From Kudoa neothunni (taxonomy: Eukaryota; Animalia; Cnidaria): 64,000 bases of DNA. Below are positions 56,085 through 64,000 of this stretch, in pieces; positions within the stretch are counted from its first letter, which is position 1; every line of letters begins with the position of its first letter. The notes under the pieces were generated by a model. It worked only from the letters and a program-made list of their open reading frames with translations. It was not told the DNA's origin and searched no databases. The stretch spans positions 16,145,731 through 16,209,730 of the forward strand of contig OZ199838.1 of NCBI GenBank assembly GCA_964304625.1, written 5' to 3'. The position numbers were made by a program, and so were the translations under genes.

Positions 56085-59000
56085 ATGATTAATATATTGA
56101 ATTTTTTGATTTGGTATGTCTGTTTCAATACTATTTCTCCAAATGAGTTAAACGAAGAAACCACAAGAGTAATTTTACATAAAAAATAATACATTTTTAT
56201 GTTGATATAGGAGATCCTGTTATATGTGAAGTTTGAAGCATTCTATGCTCAATTATATGATTGCAACCCGGAGACAAATAGTTTCTTTGGAGTTTATTGT
56301 CACCTTAACCAATCCATAGGTTGTCCTAGTATTATATTGATTTATTTGTACAATATTCAACAAAATATCTAGAATTCAATAGTAATGACGAAGAAAGGGT
56401 TGAAGTAGAAAATAGCTGCTTAAAACTTGTTATAAGTGTGTTGAACCATCTCGTCAACCCAAACGTAACGATTATGGTGGCCAACGAAAATTTTGAATCA
56501 AAGTAATTTATTTTTATCTAGGGCAAACGAGATTGTGATAAGCTATATCACATAGGATTCGTAGTGATTATTACTTGGGCTTGTTAAAATATGAGGGTAA
56601 AATAAGAAGCGAGATGATCAATGGAAAAAATCTAAGAATACAATATTCGGAACCTACCACCTCACAAATAATATTCTATACATATATAAAATCAAATGAA
56701 AAAACCACTCAAACGGAATCAGTATACTTATTTTTCTGAAATCCATTTTTATTAATATTTATATTGTATAGGAAGCAGATGAATTAACCAACGAAAGAGT
56801 AAAATATTAATATTTTTATTAATGTTATTAAAGGCGTAAATAATGTTATATATATATATATGTTAAAATTAAAAATATAACTATTTTCGGGCATTTATAT
56901 TATGTTAGACTTATCAAGATTATGGTTATATGTGTTTGGAGGATGAGGTGTTTATGATTGGATACACTACAGAAAGTGATCAAATAAATGAAGCCACGTC
57001 TACATACACGGCGAATTCCGTACAGTATCCATTTTTCTCAACCTACATAAAACCTATGGGATTTAAATATATTCTTTGCAAAATTATAACGAAACTTATA
57101 ATGGTATTTTAATTTTAAATTAAGGATCGTAGTTTTCGATTTTAGTCGTCGAATTTTAAAAATAACTTCGACGTTAATTTTCACCGAAAATTTGAAATGG
57201 GCAAGAGCCGGAGAGAAATTATTACTTTTCTCGTTTAATAGATCGACATAGAGCAGATGGAAAATGAAATTGCTTGTATATATTGTAACGTGAAATTATC
57301 TCTACAACTGAATAGAATTTACGTGAAAATAATATAAAAAAAAAAGTTAACCTTATAAGTACCTGAAAAATTTACACCCTCCGAATAAAAATTAAAAATG
57401 GGATGGAAATATACTCCACGTTTTTATCTAAAAAAATTGTCTCAAATAAAATTCAGCATTTACTGGCAAAATATGAGGAAAATTCATCATATACATTTTG
57501 AATAAATGACCAATTATTAAAGTTTTATTCCATATACACATGCGCATAAATTTATGTTTTTACATTTCCACGGAGTATGATTGTTTCTAAGGTGTATTTC
57601 TGCGTATTTTTAATTTTACCGTTTAATTCAAGTTCCAAAACACCTGTAAAATTATTTTTCTTATTTTAAACAACGCGGTGTAAAACTCGACTGAAAATCA
57701 TATAATGATGGAAAACAGTGCATATTTCGCAAAAAAAAAATTAACAGATATTTTTTTAAAATCTTCAAAATGTTGAATTATTATATCATATGTTTTCGAA
57801 TTCTTCCTGCAACGCTGAACGAAGCAACCTAATGAAAACTCATACTTTGAATAATTATTTAAGAATAAAGAGAGAATGAAGAGCTGTCGTTGGGTTCTGA
57901 GGAGGGTAACATGTTTATATCGATTTGGCGTATACGGGCGGGAATCGAGTGCAAAATCTTTCGTTATTTATTCTTTATTTACTCGATTGAATTTTCCAAA
58001 ATTATTAAAAATGATGTGTATCAATATTTTTATTAATTTTATTTGAAGGTGTTTTTACATTAATTTTTTTGATATGTGTTGAAAAATATTTCAATTCATC
58101 TTTTTGTAGGCTTTAATAAAAATAGATGATTATAAAAACTGGAGAGGTGTTATGTCCCATTAATACGTTATAACAATGTTGTCAAACTTCACATGAGGTA
58201 AAAATCTACCCTATGTTTCTTAGAGGATTAAAAAACGCTTCAAGACACTTCTTTGCCAGTTATTTTTGTAGAGATAGAAAACAGACAAATTTGATTTCTT
58301 TCTTTTATTGTTCTCAACGTTCCTCCACTATCATTATTTGATAAGAAAAGATGTTGTGAGGAGCTCATTTCAAACTTTTTTAATTGAAATGTTTAATTAT
58401 TAACGCATGCATAATACTTACTATTGGAGCAACCAAAATAAACGTCTTAAACTACGATCCCTATTTATAAATTATATTTGATTGTAAATCGACGACTCAA
58501 TTTTTTAGCTCGAAAAATATGAAGAAACTCAAGATGAAATAACCATTGAATTTCCTTGCTCATTAGCAACAAAAAGAATAGAAATCTCTAGAGACGATTG
58601 TGATGGTTGGATATCAAATGTTGAGGAAGAATATGACAAAATTTTTAAACCCATCAATATCGTATCTACTTATAAATTAGAAACCTGCATAGAACTAATC
58701 AATTCGGTTGCATTAACCCTTAATGACACTCATCCTTGGAATAGACAAACGAGAGATTTCTTCGAAATAAAATTTCCGAAAAAAATTGGAAGCAGTTCCT
58801 TCAACGTATGACCCTATATAACATACTTGCGCGTAAAGCCGGCCTTGCTTCGGATCGAGCTTATTAACCCTCTAACGATTTTTGGGTAAATTTTACCTCA
58901 GAGCGATTTTGTATTGAGCATATCTTTTTATTTTAATTATTAAATCTCACCAAATTTTCGTTATTCCTATAACTTATAATGATTTACTTTTACTAAACAA

Positions 59001-61063
59001 ATTGGGAATAAATAATGAAAAGAACAAATTTTATACAAATATTATCGTCTAACGTTCTTTGGGGTAAAATTTACCCAACTTTTTTATTACTTTAATCTAA
59101 AGAGTATCTTGTAAGTAATCATATATTACATAAATAATATAATCGAACGAGTAGATTTGAAGAAAACAATGAATAAAATGACTAATTTTGCCATTGCGCA
59201 TGCGCACGATGTGCATAATTCTAGATGAATGACACGATTAATTTCATTGCGAATTGGACTATCAAGTTATTGATGAAAGTGATATAACGGACGAATATGT
59301 ATATATCCCGTAGATATAAATGATAATAACTTTAAAATTAAAAGTGGAATTATTTGGAGTTTATCGAAGTTATCTACAAGAAAACATTGTTCCGAAAACA
59401 TAAAGAATTCCATCCTCAGTGCTTTATCGTATGATGTATCAAATATAAAATCATTCATTTTTCTTCTATCTTATTCTGTACCTCAGAAGTCGGTAATATT
59501 ATCATAAAGTATGCAAAAATGGGCTTGGAAATCACTATTTCGATGATGAGTGACATGATACCAATAAAATTGATTTTAAAGGTTTTTTAAACGTTCTAAT
59601 ACCAATAGCTCTCGATAAAGATAGACAAGTCTCACTGATAATACTGTCATCGATGCGTCTAAAAATTTAAAACCACATACGATAATGATCATGCATTACA
59701 ATGCAACAATGAGTGGGGTTGATAATATGGATAGAATGTTGGCATCATTTTCTACACAGAAGATTAAAAGAAGATGGTCATTAATCGTCTTTTTCAACAT
59801 GAATGATATCTCATTGATTAATGCTTTTGCATTATTCTATGGCATATTTAATTCAGATAATAAATTGAGTAGAAACATTCTGAAAGAAATTTCTGAAGAA
59901 TTGTACAATTCACTGTAAATAGAACCTCCAGAAAAGTTATCAAAAGAAATTCAAATAAATCTTATATTCGAATAAAGAACCAAGTTATAATAAAAATGGT
60001 CGCGCTGAGATTATTGTGAATGATTAAATGATAAGAGAATCTCTAAATGGTGTCCTAATTGCTACAAATTTTATTTCTCGATTCATACGTCGAAATTTTT
60101 TTAATGTTACAAAATTAATTGTTGTTCTTATTTCCGCTATTTTTTAATTTTTAATGAGTTTTTTATCAACCAAAAACGTTATTTTTATTTGGTAAACACC
60201 TACGGAGAACGTCGATATATCCCTACAATGTCATAATCGAGATTAGTTTGAGATTATTTAGCATAATTAATACAATATTTCAATGATTCTACACGTTTAT
60301 ATTTGAAAGTATTTTATATTCCACAATTAATTATTTTTTTATACACTTCTGCACAATAAAAAAGTGGTGTAATTTTTACCCCAAAAGTGTTAAAGGGGTA
60401 ACGTTTTTGAGATCGTTAGAGGGTGAAATTTAGAAAATGATATTTAAGCGATAAAATTTTAATCATAAATAGATTCATGGCATTCAATCAGATTCAATTG
60501 ATTTGTTGTATGATTTGGAAAGTGCTAAAACATTAATAAATAATGAAAATCACGAATCAAGTTCAAATATGGAGGTAATAATTCTATTGGAATAAAGTTT
60601 ATATAGGCATATAGGAAACGTTGTATAGAGTTTATTACTACGCTCTAATTGTCTACATTTCGAAAAATATGGAGACCGATGACAATAAACAATACGCATT
60701 TAAAGTAAGAACTATAACTAATTATTTTCGTACATAAACATATTATACCAGGCAGACATTCCGGCATGGCAACCCGAATTTATTGGTGCACTTACTGCGC
60801 CAAAATTATCCAAAAGTAATTGAAGATCTTTTTTATAAATTAAAGGATGACAAAAATTATTAGAAAAAAGCGATAATAATGAGGATCCGAATACCGTTAA
60901 AGTAGTAGCTGAATCCTCTAAAAACAACCATACGAACTATTCAAATAAAGTTTTGGCTGTGGTGGTTACTGTCGTCGTCTTGATAATAATAACTGGCATT
61001 GTGATTGGTCTTTTTGTCAAATACAAAAGGTCAAGGACAGGCAAAGTTAATTTCAATGAATGA
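56085..61063 (+). CDS. Family 2 copy 3 (divergent paralog); two introns expanded by transposon insertions
   Basis: Leader MINILNFLIWYVCFNTIS. Exons EILLYV..DC..FFGVYC..CP, NVTIMVANENF, CLEDEVFMIGYTTE, IEFPC..CIELINSV..DTHPWN (58509-58805) and TM VLAVVVTVVVLIIITGIVIGLFV-KYKR..NE*. Intron positions match the other copies. Confidence 0.75.
57121..58463. mobile_element. Non-autonomous TIR element (hAT-like ends) inside a family 2 intron
   Basis: 15-bp TIRs TAAGGATCGTAGTTT / AAACTACGATCCCTA. It sits between an exon donor (~57104) and acceptor (58508) where paralogs have a ~40-50 nt intron. TSD is imperfect. Confidence 0.7.
58868..60423 (+). mobile_element. piggyBac relic (family P3) inside a family 2 intron
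   Basis: TTAA|CCCTCTAACGAT ... ATCGTTAGAGGG|TGAA. Transposase remnant HYNATMSGVDNMDRML..RRWSLIVFFNMNDISLINAF (59685-59918). Confidence 0.85.
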
Positions 61064-62575
61064 ATAACGTGGTTGGAAAGTAACATAACCCATTGATTGC
61101 TTACATTGGTTATATTCGTTCGTTTATTTTTGTTCGTTTACATTAATATGTTTAATTTCTTTAATGACGTATGGAAAAAATATAAAAAATAATTATCTTC
61201 AACTTTTATTTGAACTGTAATATTTATACTACATCAATAATATAATTATTTTATTCTAAATGAAGGAATATAAATGGATAACATAATTACGTTAATTCTA
61301 TTTTATATAGGAATTTTAAAAATAAAAATTTTTGAAATATTAATTATTTAAATATTCTAAGTATGCAGACTTATTTTTACTATTAAATGGAAAATTTCCA
61401 CATTTTATTTTGTTATAAAATAATATTAATTTTATTCGAATCAATATTATTATTTTATTTTCGGATAAATTTAAATACTGTGATGCCATCTGATTATTTA
61501 TAACACTGGAGATATTTGAATTATTCATCATATTTGAATATTGCTTCAAACTTATACGGTTTGAAAATAATGATAAAAATATCAAAAATGATAAGGTAAA
61601 TTTGAGTTTAAAGAAGTTCAATGAGGCGATTATTTAAATATTTATAAATATATAAATTTTATTTTAGTATTTCAAAATTTTATTAAGTAGCTTAATTTAT
61701 CATTTATATTTTTTAAAGTGATAGTTAATTATTTCGATGAGGATAAATAGTCATATGAATTAAATTTGTCTGGAAAATTTATATTTCGATATTATAATAG
61801 ATTTCTTGTTTCAAATTTCAGTAACTAGAAACATATGTAAATTAATTAAAAATATATACATTAATAAATTTAAAAATAGGTTCTAATTTATTGATTTTCT
61901 TATTATAAAGTAATTTAATTAGTATTATTATTTGCGCATGCGTATTCGACGAATACCTGTGTAGCCTCCATTTCGACACCGGGGAAATATTTTTATTTTT
62001 AAGTAGATTATGTGAATAATATATCATCATAAAGAATTTTCAAGCATATAGGAATATATACTTTTAATTTAGGTTATAGGTAGAATACTAAAATTAGGTG
62101 TACTGGAAAAAATAATAATATATTTAACAATTTTATTCGCATGGGATAAATCAGTTAAGTTAAGGAAAGTTCAAAATTACAAAATCATCCATTGAAACTG
62201 TATACTTTAATTTTCTAGTTGAAAAAATTATTGTTTTTGACATCTGTTTAAATATATTTTTGAATGCCAAATTTCGTATTTAAAATTATATTTAATAATA
62301 AAAATATTACAAAATTAACTTCTATTGTTATATTATAATATAAATATTATGATATATTTAATCCGATATAATTATTTAGGTGCGACACAAAATGAGTTCA
62401 GATTAATATACTATTTTAATCTTATAATTTCTGAATAGTTAAATAAGTTTTAATATCTAATAAAGTAATATATTATATATCAATTTATTTATAAGAACTA
62501 TTTTATATGTTATAGAATTTAAAATGTAATTAGAGATTTTTCGGCGAATAGGATTTAGGTAATTGTCATAAAATA

Positions 62576-64000
62576 ATGTTCTGTTGGATAATTTTCTCGA
62601 TCATAATTTTTTACATTCCCAAAGTATTTGGAGAGCTTGATAAGAAAAAAGTAAATATTTTGTTTATTAATATCAATATCTAATTTTCATAGGAAGTTTT
62701 GCTTTATATGTATTATGGTATTATCCAAATGGAATCGTATATATGTGAAATGGATAAAACTAAATTTTTCGGAGTAAACTGTACGTTCAAGAAACTACAT
62801 AAATGCAGTAATATTTTAATTAAAAAATGGAGTGTTATTTTGATCAAAGGGATAACTGTTGTGTTGGATACTAATGTTGATCTTGAAAATGAATGCCTAA
62901 AACAGTTTAACAAAGAATTCAGACTAATAAATACAAATGTATGGGTAATAGTAGCTGATGAAAATCTACGTAGCTCGTAATTATGTCAATCAAATATGGA
63001 CTTGTCTAATTTTCGTTTATAAAGTTTGAGAAGTAAATATTATGAAAATTATACTGATTTTGGAATTAATGTTCGCAACGTAACCATTGATGACAACAAT
63101 ATAACAATTTCCTATTGGAAACTTACAGAAAAAGGAGAAACTCTATTACAATATGTCGAATCTAATGAGTCACCGATACTAATCGGAAAGGTAAATTTCA
63201 AATTTATATCTTATAATTCTCATTCTATTTAGGGACATGAATCTTATACTCACGAGAGAGTAAATTATTTATTGAATAAATTTATTTTCTAATTTCATTT
63301 TTTAAATAAATATATGATAATTGTTTATTTTATAGGAATACAAAGATTGTGGATATATTCTAATCGATTACGATTTATTTTCACTCGGCTATCCCACAGA
63401 AAAGGACATAACAAACAATACAATAACTAGCTATATCTTTAATGGGAAAGAATTTAATTTTTTCTCAAAAAGTTTTGACAAAATGGGTTATAATAATTTG
63501 TTTTATAAACTAATTTATCAACTTATATTGGTAATTTTTTATATTTATTATTCTGTTTCATTTAATTTTGATACTTATTAGCTTGGAAAATATAACACCA
63601 TTCCGGGAAGTAATGTAATCACCATGGAATTTCCCTGTTATCATCTAAATACATCCATTACGTTTTTTCCCATTCAATATAAGAGTTGGATATCAAAATT
63701 AGAGGGCAGCCACGAAAAATTTTTGGAGCGAATTAATTTAACTGCCGGATATAGTTTTTTAGGATGCTTAGAGTTGATAAACTTAGTTACGTTTTTCCCA
63801 AATCATAGATATCCATGGAATAATAACATAGTTAATTTATTGGAAACGAAGCTTCCGAAGAAAGCTGGCACACCTTGTTTCGATGTAATAAATGTTATAA
63901 AATTGGAAACAAATTATAATTTAATCAATTACTAGGTTTATGGCTATGTATATAGTTTGATTAAGCATGATGATTACTATTCAATGGAATATTTAAATAA
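62576..64000 (+). CDS. Family 2 copy 4 (divergent paralog), 3'-partial
   Basis: Leader MFCWIIFSIIIFYIPKVFG. Exons EVLLYM..ICE..FFGVNC..KC, NVWVIVADENL, DFGINVRNVTID and MEFPC..WISKLE..CLELINLV..YPWN are homologous to copies 1-3. Confidence 0.8.

Noticed and set aside
58825-58862. GC-rich gcttcg hairpin-like stretch as a second Helitron end
   Set aside because: No CTAG terminus and the stem is imperfect.
59193-59206. TGCGCATGCGCA (NRF1-like) palindrome, with a similar one at ~61934
   Set aside because: One lies inside a piggyBac relic and position relative to genes is not consistent.
1-64000. CRISPR arrays, rRNA, canonical tRNA genes or prokaryotic operons
   Set aside because: None seen; the sequence is intron-containing eukaryotic DNA and the repeats are gene duplications or TE termini.

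Overview
AT-rich eukaryotic nuclear DNA with very short (~35-65 nt) spliceosomal introns. The compact style suggests a reduced, possibly parasitic, metazoan-type genome, but that is inference only. The window opens with a housekeeping COX15 (heme A synthase) gene; the rest is a lineage-specific tandem array. Family 1 is a large (~1,900 aa) signal-peptide protein gene present three times (A 2228-8643, B 22040-28431, C 43879-50210). It has 16 short introns plus a probable 17th donor, all read as phase 1, and is built from repeated FN3-like modules each carrying a C..C..CxxxC motif. The three copies form a patchwork of pairwise identity tracts consistent with segmental gene conversion. Family 2 is an unrelated ~500 aa type I membrane protein gene present four times (11144-13121 -, 34461-36434 -, 56085-61063 +, 62576->64000 +). 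The first two copies were co-duplicated tail-to-tail with family 1. Both genes of unit 1 carry lesions. The spacers hold nested DNA-transposon relics: piggyBac, hAT, a long-TIR MITE and a Helitron-like 3' end. The best candidate for an undescribed system is this linked secreted-mosaic plus membrane-protein locus, which resembles a variant surface-antigen or recognition complex. Its function cannot be established from sequence alone. Gene models were built by hand and many boundaries are approximate.
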